A stretch of 63,536 nt of DNA, filler included, from Choristocarpus tenellus KU-1152 (lineage: Eukaryota; Protista; Phaeophyceae), in assembly GCA_964200185.2 (NCBI GenBank). It is 12 parts of 12 records of this genome, joined end to end, with 100 filler letters (N's around TTAATTAATTAA, not from the genome) between each part and the next. Parts side by side here need not be neighbours in the genome. Positions count along the whole stretch, not along the records: positions 38,338 to 41,566 come from CAXNAD020021394.1; positions 41,667 to 44,420 come from CAXNAD020025023.1; positions 44,521 to 47,334 come from CAXNAD020024524.1; positions 47,435 to 54,671 come from CAXNAD020006487.1; 8 more parts are not named here. One strand, given 5' to 3'. Below are positions 38,441 to 51,249 of the stretch, one piece after another. The notes beneath the pieces are model-generated. The model had not been told where the DNA came from. It saw only the letters and a program-made list of their open reading frames with translations, and did not search any database. Position numbers and translations under genes: made by a program. Every line of letters begins with the position of its first letter. Positions within the stretch are counted from its first letter, which is position 1.

Positions 38441-39442
38441 TTTACCTTAGTTCATTTAAGCGGTAGTGATGCGGTGTAATTTCGTACCCCCTCTGCCCCT
38501 TTTAAAGAACTTACCGAAGTGAATACTGGGTGGTGCAAGTTATTTTTTTGTTTTTATTACTCGAGTGAGATATTCTTTTTGTTTTTATTACTTGAGGGAG
38601 ATATGTACGGTATGTTAGTGCAGACACATCCCGCGTTGCAAAACGTTGCTCTTAAGTTCGGAGGGGTGTGGTAGACAATCGAACAAAAAAAAGGGGCAAT
38701 TTTTCTACTGCTTTTTCGGCCTTGTTTGTTCATGGGCTTTTTAATTAGTGCTCGGAAAGAAGGTACCTCTCAGAAGGTGCTAAGGGAATCCGCTCGCTGC
38801 CTGCGTGGCATGCCCACCGAGGAGTGTGGCGAAAGCTTCGCACGTAAAGGACTGTTCTTGATTGACTGAAAGATATTTTGCCATCTGAACATTCGTTAGC
38901 TGTATGTTGTTGAAAAAAAAAAGATTGGTGGCAGTTTTGCTCTCGGGAGACACAAGGTAAGAATGCATACATAAATGATGTTGTGGCTATGATAGTGCAA
39001 ACGGCCCTGGGTTTTGTCATGATCCTTCGAACCCGATAATAGAATTTTGCATCGAGGTCCTCCCCGGCTGTGACGCGCTGTTGGCAGTGGGGGTTGGTCC
39101 TCTGAGCTGCATGAGAGCGCCCGATGCTGGACTTCGTTGTACTCACCGGTGTGAATGATCTCTAAGACCAGGCCGATTTTACGCGATGCGTGTGAGGTGT
39201 GACAAATCTTGGATTCTTTCGGAAATGCACGCACGCTGAATTGAATGAATGTCTGACCCTTGGGAAGATACATGTTTTTTTTTTAAATTGAACACCAATC
39301 ATCCAACAAATACACATGTGCAGATAATAGATTTCTTGAGATATTTGTATTTTTATAGAACAGTCCAGGTACCATTCTAGTCCCAACTATGTTTTTTCTG
39401 ACTCACCCTCTTGTGCCTCCTTTGCTTTTGGTGTTGGTTTAG

Positions 39443-41185
39443 GTGATGGAAGTAGGTAATGACGGCGAGGGAGGAAGGCACCCCTTGCCCATTCAGCTAG
39501 GTAGGGCCGCCTCTCCTCCCTCACGCTCTTTGAAGGAGGGAGGCAGGAAGCACCGGGCCAAGGGAAAGGAAGCACAAGATTATGGTGTGGAAACCCTTGC
39601 CAGTGCCTCAACCCGATCTGTTTCTCTTGCTCCCACCACCCTCAATGATCTCCCTGGCACAACAAGTACCCCGGAGGTGGTCAATGTGGACTCTGCCAAA
39701 ACAGGTACCATCCTGCTCACCACATCCCCAAAAGCGATGGGACCTGGACCTGGACCGGAGGGTGCCGAAGTACCGCCGGAGGTTCCTCTCAGGACCAGTA
39801 CTCCTTCAGTCCGTGGTCAGACTGTATCTTGGTCAGGCTCTGGGTCAATACCCAAGATCAGGGGTAGTATCGGACCTACTGTTGGACCTAAGTGTGGGAC
39901 CAAGTCAGAAGAACCGGAGTCTGCGGTGCTGATGGTGGACCTGGCGATGGCGGAAGAGGCAGAGGATGCAAGGGTCCTCGGAAAGAACCGGTTCTTCCTT
40001 ACCAAGGAGGAGAAGAAGAGGAGGAACCGACTGGAGGCGAAGCAGAAGTTGTTAGCGGCCAAAGCAGAACGTGACAGCTGGGCTACTGAACAGACAGTGG
40101 ACCTGTCGTTGGAGGATGGGACCACTCCAGGAGGAACGAGGCAGCTAAAGGGGGGCGGACCAGAAGGGGTAGGGGATGGTTCACATGCTGGTATCGAGGG
40201 TGAAGGGGACTGCGGCATGGAATTTCTAGGTGGTACAGGTACTGGTGGAAGGCGGCTGAAGGTGTTCAAGCGCCCGAGGGTGCTGGCATCCATTTTCACT
40301 CCACAGGCAGCCTCCTCTGGTGGGGAGGGAGGGGGTTCAGGGTTGGGGAGGAAGGGACGCTTCAGATTTGGAGGGAGTATGGATGTGGATGATAATGTCG
40401 GCAACGGGGCAGTGCGGGGGCGGAACCAATGGATGGAGGATGTACCATTTCCACCATTTCCCCACGTGTTGCAGGAGGAACCTGGAATGTTCCTAGGGAG
40501 CGTTCCTGCAATGTTACCGGATTTGGGGTTGGATGAGGGGGATTGTGACCAGGGGTCTCTGCAGCCATCTTTTTTCTCAAGGTCACCGCCACAGTTTTTG
40601 CCAGGTGGTGGACTTCCCGCACTGCCGCTGGTTCCTATTGGACCGCCAAAGGACCAGGCCAGGGGCGCTGGTTCAGGATTGCTCCCTCGAAGGTCAGTAT
40701 CAGTTCATGGATTGTGTGGTTCGTCACCTTGGAGACTGGCTGCAGGGAGAACTACACCATCCATTAAGTTAAGAATGGATACTGACAAGGTGAAAGGCCA
40801 CCAAAGGGAGGGTCTCGGACTCCCAACCCCTTCTGAATTTGTTTTCTTCCCGTCTACCGATAAGATTTGGCAGGGAACAGAAACTTGTGGTCCGTGTCCA
40901 GGTCCAAGTCCAGGTCCATGTATCGGTCCAGGTCCGAATTCGGTCCCAGGGAAAAACCGAGGACGGGGGGACAGGACCAATGGCAAGAGGACAGGCGATG
41001 GTTGTCTGGACGCCTGTGGGGTGTTGAGAGGGAAGAGAGATGGTGGAAACGAATCTTCGCTTGGTAAAGAGGGAACCGCAGTGGACCACCTCGAGGAGAC
41101 GAGTTCATTGAAGGAGAAACAACGGGCGATTGCAGCAGCTGCAAAGAAGAGGGCAGAGGCCCCGGCAGATGCGCTTTGGACCGAG
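39443..41185 (+). CDS. 1743-nt internal exon, Gly/Pro-rich low-complexity protein, ending in ALWTE (possible ATAD5/ELG1- or CTF18-like clamp-loader N-terminus)
   Basis: 581 open codons between a pyrimidine-tract TTTAG acceptor and a GAG/GTCAGT donor. LWTE may begin the LWTEKYxP motif. The family call is weak. Confidence 0.6.
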
Positions 41186-41261
41186 GTCAGTGGGCCATCA
41201 TGTAGTTGTTATCTACGCCCCCCCCGCCTAGTTGTTTTATGCTCCAGCTCGTCGTTGTACA

Positions 41262-41331
41262 GGTTAAGGGTTAGGGTCAGTGTTAGGGTAGGGTTAGGGT
41301 TGGGTTGGGTTTAGGGTCAGGGTTAGGGTTG
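41262..41331 (+). repeat. Interstitial degenerate (TTAGGG)n
   Basis: Direct read. Further arrays at 44945-44972 and 54143-54178, shorter ones near 21994, 41488, 44776 and 46383. Confidence 0.9.
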
Positions 41332-41666
41332 GTGTTACACTTGTCACTTGCTTGTTCTGAAACCCACTTGATTCTTATGTACCCCCCATGTGGTTGGTTG
41401 TCGTGACTTAGGGTTAGTCGAGATGTGTCGATGATATGCACAAGCTTTTTTTTTTTGTAACGGTGGGTGTGGATGGGATCTCCGCGTTAGGGTTAGGGAA
41501 ATGAGAACAGAGGCGAGTGTTCAACTCTTGTGGGTGGTGTACAGCAAATCTGGTCCCTCCCCTCTCNNNNNNNNNNNNNNNNNNNNNNNNNNNNNNNNNN
41601 NNNNNNNNNNTTAATTAATTAANNNNNNNNNNNNNNNNNNNNNNNNNNNNNNNNNNNNNNNNNNNN

Positions 41667-41831
41667 GAAGTGTCAATATCCATGCTCTGGACACACCTTT
41701 TCATAACGTACACATTTTACCTACTCCTAAACATTTGGGAGTAGGAAAATGTCATAAAAAAAACCCATGGGAAGCCAAGTCCCAAATGGACAAACAGGGA
41801 AAAACTCATACCCTCTAAGATACTTTCTCTC
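41667..41831 (-). mobile_element. MITE family B (truncated at contig start)
   Basis: CCCAAATGGACAAACAGGG...ACCCTCTAAGATACTTTCTCTC. Confidence 0.85.
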
Positions 41832-42020
41832 GCTCAGCGGCCTGGCCTACCTAGTGCTGAAAGAAAAAACTGCTCACTTCGTCTGCGATATGGCACACAC
41901 ACATACTACATGGTCACCCGAAAATCAAGCATTTGGTTGACAGGATTGCTAAACGCGGGATAACAATATCAAATTAGGTTGAATAGGAGGACGCAGAGAG
42001 ATCGTTGAGAACTCCCTCAC

Positions 42021-42916
42021 CTTTTTGTACATTTTGCGGATCTCTGCTAGTGACGCTTCTTTTTTCTTTGTCTGTCGCTTGATAGCTTCTTCGAGCTCGT
42101 GCTGAAAATATACCTTATCGTACAGTGTGTGCTCAATCACACTCTCGGTCGCATCATTGAATGCTATAAGCGTGGCGGTGCAGTGGACGAACGGGGCAAG
42201 GGGTAGGTGGGAAGCGGTCGTGGGACACACGCTGCAGGCAGTAGTGAGCAACATGTTTCTGCTGACAGAAACACCACGAGGGATAAAAAAGATCAACAAC
42301 GAAAAGATCAACAACGGACTGACTGACGATGAACCAAAGGAAACACGGCAAAAACTTGGTAGATTAGAAGAATCATCGGGCGATCATGGAACAACGACAA
42401 CACTCAACTTACTTAGTTGCTTAGTTGATCAGAAGAGTCAGGCAATCATGGAACAACGACAACACTCCATTGCCCACAGTTGGAAATTAGCCTCTCTTCT
42501 GCTTGGTTGAACTCCATGTAGACCCGCATCATGAAAGCGCGTTTGGGATCAAACTCTCTCTTCAACACCATTATTCTATGGTTTCCGTCCAGTGTTTGTC
42601 CTTCAACGGCAAGCGCAGTGTCGGCGGTGAGATGGTCCCCGTTGCCTAAGCAGTCTCGTTGGATGACAACAGACGGAGTAAACTGCTCGAGCCAGCCTTT
42701 TTCACGGATGGACTTGCTGACACGCGCAAGGCCACGCTCGCTCAGGGGACGCACCATCTCCGTGCATGTGATGTTGCCGAGTTTCATCTTGTACGTGCCG
42801 AGGTAGTGATGTTCAAGGATCGAGGACATGCCCTTGGCATTGCTGTACGATGCTCTCGATCCATGGGCAGCGCCATCGGCGGGCAGGGGGGTCGTTGTTG
42901 AGCGAATGTTGGACAT
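42021..42916 (-). CDS. ParB-N / sulfiredoxin-fold domain gene (copy 2), exons 1-2 open
   Basis: Exon 42916-42478 (439 nt, same length as copy 1; TLDGNHRIMVL) and exon 42163-42021 (FNDATESVIEHTLYDKVYFQHELEEAIKRQTKKKEASLAEIRKMYKK) join in phase 1. Confidence 0.75.
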
Positions 42917-43139
42917 GGTGAAGATTGGGAGGGTGTGACGGGGATAGATAAGTAAGAGCTGCTGGTGGTAAGTACGGAAGGGAAGGAATGGAAATGAGGA
43001 GTGAGGGTTGGGAGGTGCTGCTTTATTTCATCTGGTCGGTCGGTCCCCAAATAACTCAGATTTCTCTTTCCGTTGATAATTGTGTTATAAAAATTACGAA
43101 ATCGAACAGTATACGATTTCATATTTAAAACAGATAGAG

Positions 43140-43850
43140 AGTATCAGTTTTTTGTGACCTTTTTGTTTCGGAACGTTTCAAATATATTAGATCAATGAAG
43201 TATGTGGTTTGTATTTTTATTTGTTGATATTAAGAATATAATATTTTTATTATTTTATAAAAACCCTAATGCACCTGTTTTGGCGGTTCAAGGGTTTTGG
43301 GTGGTTCGACGGATGCCCGAAACTCAAGAAACGTTTTTTGTCGACTTTTGTATTTTAAATGTAAATGTTGACAAAAAGCGGTTTTAGTATTTAAAAAAAT
43401 TATAGGGTACCAGTTTAAAGTGACCTTTTAGTTTCGGAATATTGGAAACGTGTAAGACCAATAAAGTAAGTGCTTTGTATTTTTCAAAATTATAAGAACG
43501 GATATAATCGGATTTAGTATTTCTAAAAACCTTAATGCACGTGTTTCGGCGGTTCAAGGGTTTCGGGTGGTCCGACGGATCGCCCGAAACTCAAAAACCG
43601 CTTTTTGTGGACATAAAAATACAAATGTCGAACAATGTAAGATTTTGTACTTAAAAAAATTAGAGGGTGTCAGTTATTTGTGACCTTTTGGTTTCGGAAC
43701 ATTGGAAACGTACAAGATCAATTAAATATGTGCTTTGTATTTAAAAAAAATGAAATTACGAATATAATCGAATATTTAATTTCTAAAAACCGTAATGCAC
43801 GTATTTTCCGGATTATGGATCTCAGGGTGGTCCGACCGATCGCCCGAATA
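43140..43850. repeat. Three degenerate tandem units between divergent genes (copy 2)
   Basis: GTG(C/G)TTTGTATTT, GACCTTTT.GTTTCGGAA and GGCGGTTCAAGGGTTT recur with ~250-270 bp spacing. Homologous to 23640-24350. Confidence 0.85.
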
Positions 43851-44096
43851 TCAAACATCGTTGATACGTCCGGCTTCGAATTCAATTGTATCATGCCCAA
43901 GAGCGACTGTTGCCTGAGACCAGATTAGAACCTATTTTTTATTTCATCACAGCGAGAATAAACGCGTTTTCCAGAACATGGATTTTATTTTGGTTCGACG
44001 GGTCTCTTCAAACTCAAACATCGTACGCTCGGCTTCGAATTCAATTCGCTCCTAGACCTTCTCACTGCCCAAGACCGCCTGTTGCCCGAAAACACC

Positions 44097-44420
44097 ATGA
44101 CAGTTGCTCCTACAACAAGGGGGTGGCTTTTGTCGCCTGCGCCGCCCCCTGTGTTGCCCCATCATCAGCCCGCCAACAATGATGCGCTGGAGCTTTCTAA
44201 CAATGGCGCTTCAGCAACTGGCGCCAAGCTTCGCCAAGAATGGGCTCAACCCATCCCGGTCAACAAACAAGGTGACTGCTGCTAGCGCTTAGCCTTTGTG
44301 AAGAAGCTCGCGGCAGATAGCGAGTCCTTCCTTGCCCACACGTTGGCCAAAGAGCAGGACATCATCCGGGCGTGTGAGAACCGCCGCGATCGCAAGCACT
44401 TCGTTGGTGACCGTGTACCT
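44097..44420 (+). pseudogene. Putative Sola-like transposase exon 1 (copy 2), premature stop, truncated by contig end
   Basis: MTVAPTTRGWLLSP...QGDCC* aligns to the minus-strand ORF starting at 23552. AAG>TAG at 44283-44285. Confidence 0.5.
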
Positions 44421-44560
44421 NNNNNNNNNNNNNNNNNNNNNNNNNNNNNNNNNNNNNNNNNNNNTTAATTAATTAANNNNNNNNNNNNNNNNNNNNNNNN
44501 NNNNNNNNNNNNNNNNNNNNGCGGTAGTGGAGTTTCACGGCCCTTCTCCCACCTACCCAC

Positions 44561-44628
<68 letters not shown>

Positions 44629-45912
44629 AGATACTTTGACATGAGACTGACATCGTTGTAGAGCGGGTGCAGTGCACAGGAGGGATCTCGTGTCTTTAGG
44701 AGCAACCACTGTCCTTGGTGTACCCCCACCGTCACACTTTTTCCCCCTTCCTACAGTTATTTTGTCACATGCAGCTTAGGGTTAGGGTTGGACTTGGATT
44801 CTTGAACGTGGGTGCGAACAAGTGGATAGTTGTGTGTGTATCCTTGAGAGGTCATGGTTCCCTGGTGAACATGACTCTCCTTTGCCATTTCTTCTGCAAT
44901 GATTCCTTTACTGGGTAGGGATGTTTTTCACGCACGAGCTAAGCTAGGGTTAGGGTTAGGGTTAGGGTTAGGTCTTTCGAAAATGCATGCGAAGAAGGGA
45001 AAAGAGTATGATGTTGGGGGTCCCCCGAGGACAGTGAGTGCTCCTGAAGACAGGGGATATCCACTGTGCACTGCAGTAGGTAGGTTTTTCAGCGCCCAGC
45101 TCTTTCATCTGCGTGTAGTGCTGCAATACAGTTCCAGCAGCTATTAATGCTTTGCAGTTGTACATTGTGTGTGTGTTGTTTTGTTTGCATGATATTTGAA
45201 GGAGTCTTTGTACTCCTCCTACTCATGTTTCCTACTAATACACACTCCGGACTAAAAGTTCTGTTATTGTAATGTGGTGTGCTGTGCTTTCATCACAACA
45301 ATCTTTCAAAAAAAGTGGTACATCAAGGCGTACGTCTATTGTGTGTGTCTGCGTGTCTGTGTGTGTGTGCATTTGGGTACATGTGGTGGTACTTTACTTG
45401 TGATGCTCTTATGCAGTGGAGTCCACTGAGTGTGTCCCAATTGACATTTGAATTAGGCTTCAACAGTCAGACTGGATATCAAACACACCACACAAAGGGC
45501 GACCTCCTGTATGTGTACCTGTAATATGTCTAGGGACTATCGATTATTCGTGTGGGATGTAGTAGGTGTGAAGCTCCCTGTGACAAGCTTTTGATACCTT
45601 GGCCGTGAGGAGGTAATTGATTGCTAATTGAATCCTCCTCCGCTTTAGAACAAAGAGAGCAAGAAAGCCTTTCCCTTTGTGCTATGTACTCCAAGTACAG
45701 TCGTGTAATAGAGATGTTTGTGGTTTGACGATAGTCTGTGTTAACTTCATGCAAACCTCGTATGGTAGTGAAACTGGTATATTTTTCGTAACCGTTTTTT
45801 TTGTTTTTGTTTTTTCTGAAGCCAAGCTTCTATACATGTGCAAAAAGAACGTATTACTCTTCACTGTGTTTTTTTTTGTGTGACCTTATTTATTATTTTT
45901 CTCAAAACTCAG

Positions 45913-46851
45913 GTGCTGCCGTTCTATGTGACTGAGAGCAACATGCTCTCTGCCCTGGATAGGCTGCTAGACCAGGTAATGACCTCTACTTCTTCTCCCG
46001 CGCTTTGCCAGTTGCCTTTTACACAAGAGTTTAGTCAGTGTTCCTTGCATAGTCTCTCCTCGAACTGGAATGACCTACAAATGATGAGTAAGGTTTGTAT
46101 AGCACATTTTATTGGGTGTATAATGAGACCGTAGTTTACCAGCAGGACAAGCAGGACACACTACTTTTAAAGACACTGTCAACATTGTGTCAGGTTTAGC
46201 TTTGCAGTTTGTGATCAGCCTCAAACCGCCTTACCATCCGATCAACCTTTCCCTGATTAGTCTCAGTGCCAATATCTTATCTCTTGGGAAAGTCAATGCC
46301 CCAACACATGGTGGAAAAATTTTCGTCACGGTAGCATCTTTTCATCGACAAATGAGCACAGCTCCTCTTGAGTAAAAGTATCTTAGGGTTAGGGTACGAG
46401 TTTTGCCCTGTTTGTCCATTTGGGGCTTTGCTTCTGACGGGGGGTTTTATGACGTTTTCCTATTCCGAAATATTTCAGAGTAGGTAAACTGTGTACATTT
46501 TGGAGTAGGCATCATGTATATGTCTGGAACAAGGATATTGACACTTACCAACAAACACGATATTCAAAATTACATCAGAATCGCAATATTAGATTTTGGC
46601 CCCCAAATGGACGCGGATCTACCCTCTAAGATACTTTTGACTCCTTGTTGAAAATTATAGTGCTGACCCGGCCCCTGACACCAAAATCCGTCTTCCCTGA
46701 TGTACACCGCTTGTTTTTTTTACTTCAAACTGTGTCTGGTCCCTCTGTACAGGCGCTGCACAGCGCTGCCAACCGGTCCTTAGACCCAACACCCCTAAAC
46801 ACAGCTGCTGCTACAGACATTGTAGCCCGAGCGTTGAGCAGGTTCCAGTAG
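45913..46851 (+). CDS. Two terminal exons of an unidentified gene
   Basis: 45913-45975 (VLPFYVTESNMLSALDRLLDQ) and 46753-46851 (ALHSAANRSLDP...LSRFQ*), canonical sites, phase 0. Confidence 0.5.
46370..46643 (+). mobile_element. MITE family B, full length, intronic
   Basis: GAGTAAAAGTATCTTAGGGTTAGGGTACGAG...ACCCTCTAAGATACTTTTGACTC. Confidence 0.88.
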
Positions 46852-48109
46852 GTTGATAGAGGGCCGAACTAGTTTTCCCAGGAAGTATTGTGTGCTGCTG
46901 CTTGGTTGGGGAGGATCGATGCTTTGTGGTCTTGTGCCTGGGACCAACCCATGCACGTAGTTAGTTCCCTACATATTTTCTTGAGTTTTGTAATTGTGAA
47001 TCACAACAGTTCAGTCGAGTCCATTTGTATGATTTCTGAGCAGTGATAATGGAGATTGAAATTGAAACCTTTTGATTAGTTGAGATCATTTGATTGCGGC
47101 CTATGTGTGCTGCTTGATGCGCTTTAAACATCCTTGCTTGGCGTTCCTCCCATCCACGTCACCATGCTCAGCACTTCACACACCTCGAGTTCATCGAGAC
47201 CCAAAGTATCTGAGGGGAGGGGGGGGGTCTACACCAGGGTGTCCATTTGGGCCAACATCAGGAAAAATGTATTTTCAGTATCCATCCGACGTATGCAACC
47301 AAATCACCCAAAATCGCGACATAAAAAAATTGACNNNNNNNNNNNNNNNNNNNNNNNNNNNNNNNNNNNNNNNNNNNNTTAATTAATTAANNNNNNNNNN
47401 NNNNNNNNNNNNNNNNNNNNNNNNNNNNNNNNNNACTTTGGCTCTCAACCTGTGAGCTAAGCACTGAGTGGAGTATCAAGAGAAAGGGCTACCTGACACC
47501 CTACAAACCGTTGTAAAAGGCCACGCACCCATAGCGTCGTTTTAAGGTCGTTGGATCTGAGTTGTACATCCTGTGGAGGTGAGATCCGAGGGGCGCCTGT
47601 AACACCATTACTAGTGGACAGGCCAAAGGTTCACACCAGTTGATGGTACTACGGTACTCAATCTAGGAATAATAGAGGGAGTAGTCTACGTTTCAACACA
47701 CTACATCCCAGGAACAATTGACTCACTATAGTGTGTAGAAGTACTCCACACTGGACTCTTAGTTAAGGTGATCAATGATATGTCTTAGCAGGACAGTATG
47801 TTGCTTGGTGCGAATAAATAATATCGGCCGATGCATCTGATATATCGATGTTTTATACCATGAACGTTGAAACCTAGGATTGGACGAATCGTGCTCTCCT
47901 GTACAGTTACAGGTCCTTCAGAGTGAATGGGTAGCATAGTGAAGGGAAGCACTGATTAAGTCATGTTGATGAACCCTGTGATATGTTCTTTACAGTCGCA
48001 GGTTGAATGGCACAATGTAATGGGGTATTCCTTGGTGTATTCAAGGGAAGAGATACATGCTCTGTGCAGAGGCTTATCGCCTTGTGAAAGAGGGCGTGTT
48101 GGTTTAACT

Positions 48110-50193
48110 CTGAACATGTATAATCCAATTGTGCATCTGGTACACTTAATGCAGAGTGACTTCGGTGTCTGAGTGGAGGCAAAGCCATCCAAAGAAAAAA
48201 TGATAATTGTATGAGATATATATGGAGATTTCGACTGTTTCAGGTTTGCTATATTAACCACGAACTTGCAACCGTAATCCATGACTAGTTGAGGTTTCAC
48301 TGTTGTGAGAAGCTGATATTAGAAAATTTGTACAGTTCACAAGGTAATGCTGCTTGGCAATGAAATGTCTATTGAATTCTAACAACTAAATTGACTCTGT
48401 GTACAGCGAGAGAACTTCCAAGAGCAACTTAGCGACATGCCCACAGCCCAGCCATTGCTGCCGTTCTCCCCATACCACTTCTCGAATCGTTCGAACATTT
48501 GCGCAAGGGTCTTTGCCACTTCTGCCCTCATGGTGGCCTGAGGCAGGAATTGGGGAGAAAATGAGCAACGTCATTTATAGTCTATCACATGTCCAAGACC
48601 ATGAGTTGGGGTCGATCAGTCTTCAGCAAAAGCATTTCGTCATGACAAACAATGCACGGAGAACTAACTTGAAACAAGACGATTTGCCTTAATAGTTCAA
48701 TTGAGCATACAGGACTCGGTATCCCCACACCTTCCTCTCCGCATTAGGCTCTCCCACGGTGGGCACAATGGTGTTGTTCATATCCTGAAGAGCGTCCAAA
48801 ATCTGCACGAGGGTGTCGTGATAAAATGTTTTTATGCTTTTGTTATGTGTGTGCCGTTGCAAGCATATAAACGCCGTATGACAGTGTTATGTATGCTTAT
48901 GTAATGTTCGGTATAATAAGTGGTAGTATTGTACATAACGATATCATGGCCAAGTCTTTGTTTCTATGTTAGGTCAAAACTGACAAAGACGGGAAGGAGC
49001 CCATAAGATAATTATAATTTCCTCCTGAGGGGCAGGAGTAGGTAGTTTGGAGGCACAGGAAGGCTGTAGTACAACATTGATAGTGGTGAAGTAACAAATA
49101 NNNNNNNNNNCTTATACTGACATATGCATAGTTTTTATTTGTTTCCCCCCTGACACATCTTTAAAATGTCAGAGGGTATATTATAATAAAAATAATTTAT
49201 ACGATATATTAGTAGTGTATGTTCACCATGTGTAAGCCAGCAGAAGCTCTCGGCGACGAGCCTTCATACACTCACCCTATCAACACGCTTACGCGAAGAT
49301 TATCAACAGAAAGGAGATCGGGTATGGAAAATGATCACCTATTTGTGGTGAATCGATAGTTGTAGGAGACGGTTTCTCCCGTCAAGATGCATGCACGCGG
49401 CAATTGCTCGTGTCGAGATTGAGACCCGCCAAAATTTTGCAAAGAATGGAAACAACAACAGTGTCTGGAGAACCGTGGCATCTAACCACCCCATGCATTC
49501 ATATCCCAACTCGATCGTGACAACACTGATCTCATAGAGGTCAGGAACGGCAGCCACTCAAGAAATCACGCTGAGCTGCACAACTCTCCGAAAATTCCTG
49601 ATCATCCTATCCATTCCTACTCGAAAGTCAACCCTACGCAGACAGTTGCTTTACTCATACCAGAGTCGAACTACGAGATACAAATGCCTAAGCCCTACTC
49701 CGGTACACACCTCGTCTACCCTGGCAGCTTCTACGGGATCAGCTGGGTAGAGCGCTCCTATGCGAGACACAAGTCGCAAAAAGGCCATGGACTGCGAAAT
49801 GGTAGTTTTCTTGCCATCAGCGCCAACGATGTCGAGAGATGGGACCTGAAGATGGAACAGGTGGACAAATTCCCTAAGTCGTCGATGGAATTGAAGTTAC
49901 AAAATTCTTCCTTTGATGATGGTGGTGGGACTCCCATTCCATGTCAACAATACTTATGTAATCCATCATTCCGATCTCATGTTGTTGGCCGGGAGAAATA
50001 TCCATTTTCGTGGAGCCTATAAATTTCTAGTCACTCTCACCGTTACCCATCGTAGATCTTCTGCTTTATAGCCCCAAACTCCGCCGACGAGATTCTCTTA
50101 TCCTCGAAGGGGATGTCAGCGATAGTGAAGGCCTGCCTAATTGACTCGGCTCTGCCCTGGAAATCGAAGTAAGGTGAGCTTGTAGGTAGCCAT
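48110..50193 (-). pseudogene. Sigma-class-like glutathione S-transferase, apparently pseudogenised
   Basis: Exons 50193-50047 (MATYKLT, +1 frameshift, YFDFQGRAESIR...IPFEDKR), 49873-49711 (QVPSL...ISQSMAFLR...LYPADPVEAARVDE), 48802-48731, 48537-48441 (GC donor) and 48168-~48110 with an in-frame stop. Confidence 0.82.
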
Positions 50194-50677
50194 TTCTTTG
50201 CGTGTTCGATATCCGAGTTAGACTTGTAGGTTTTGAGCGACGAAGAGAAAAGTGGTCTGTTGTGTTGTATGGATGGAGAGTGTGAGTATATACCATAGTA
50301 TTGTTGTGGCACTAATAATGCATGCTTTAGATATTTGGAGAATCCAATTCCCAACACAAGAAAGAATAAACGGAAAATTCTCAAAACATATTTGTTACTA
50401 TACAACATCACCAATAGGTAATAATGGTGGTGGTACTTTGTAGTACATATATTAATAAGTAGGAAGTTATTTTGCCACCTGAGCATCATGTCTTGAAACG
50501 TTTTTTTTTTTTGAATTCCCCACCAGAAGAAATGGATAAAACAATTCTATTTGGTGACACGTAGTAACGCGAGGGGAGAGAAGGTGTGGAAAACAATAGT
50601 GTGTACTTACTCCATACTCCATCATAATATACTTACTTATAAATATAGTTACTAGCATGCAATCGAATAAAATACAG

Positions 50678-50805
50678 TATTATTATGCCTTCTGACATTT
50701 CGCACATGTCTGAGGGGAAAAAACAATAAAAACTATTATCATGTCAGAAAAATGCCCTAAAAAGTAGAAGTTGTCATAAATGTGAAAAACATTGATTTTC
50801 TATTT
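50678..50805. repeat. Dispersed repeat family C with CTGACA...TGTC(A/T)G hairpin core
   Basis: TATTATGCC.TCTGACATTT.GCA.ATGT.T.AGGGGAAAA. Copies also at 7985-8100, 8566-8690, 18057-18115 and 49116-49190. Confidence 0.75.
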
Positions 50806-51249
50806 TTGTATGAGGAATAAGTAGTGTACTCAGTATTTTTCATCATATTCTTCTACAAAAGTAGTAGTGTATTATTCTACACATCGTAGTAAGGACTGTA
50901 ATATATAGGGATCGTTGAGGGGATGTAGAATAGTAGTAAGGTGTTTTGATACTGGAATGTACTTAATATGAACTATGTGATTTCCGTGCTGGCGTGTTCA
51001 AGTCAGGCTAGGGTGGCGAAGAGAATTACTCACCAAGACGGACCGGACGTGCCAAGACGAACCGCAACGGAGAGGTTGAAGACAAGTCCACCACCTGTGG
51101 GACTGGTCTCTTGAAGTGATCCCATGGCCTCAGCCTCAAGGTAGATCCCCCCACTGGTCAAGGAACTCCAAACCATAATCGACGGAACATAGTATTGGCA
51201 ATAACGGTATCATATTTTAAATATTGGGTTGGACTGAGTGCTGATTCTG

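Noticed and set aside
39443-41314. 623-aa ORF as a single-exon gene
   Set aside because: Starts at a splice acceptor (GTG) and its RVRV/LGLG tail is translated telomeric repeat in an intron.
42127-42510. 127-aa antisense ORF over the ParB-like intron
   Set aside because: Frameshifted in copy 1, GTG start, no recognisable motif.
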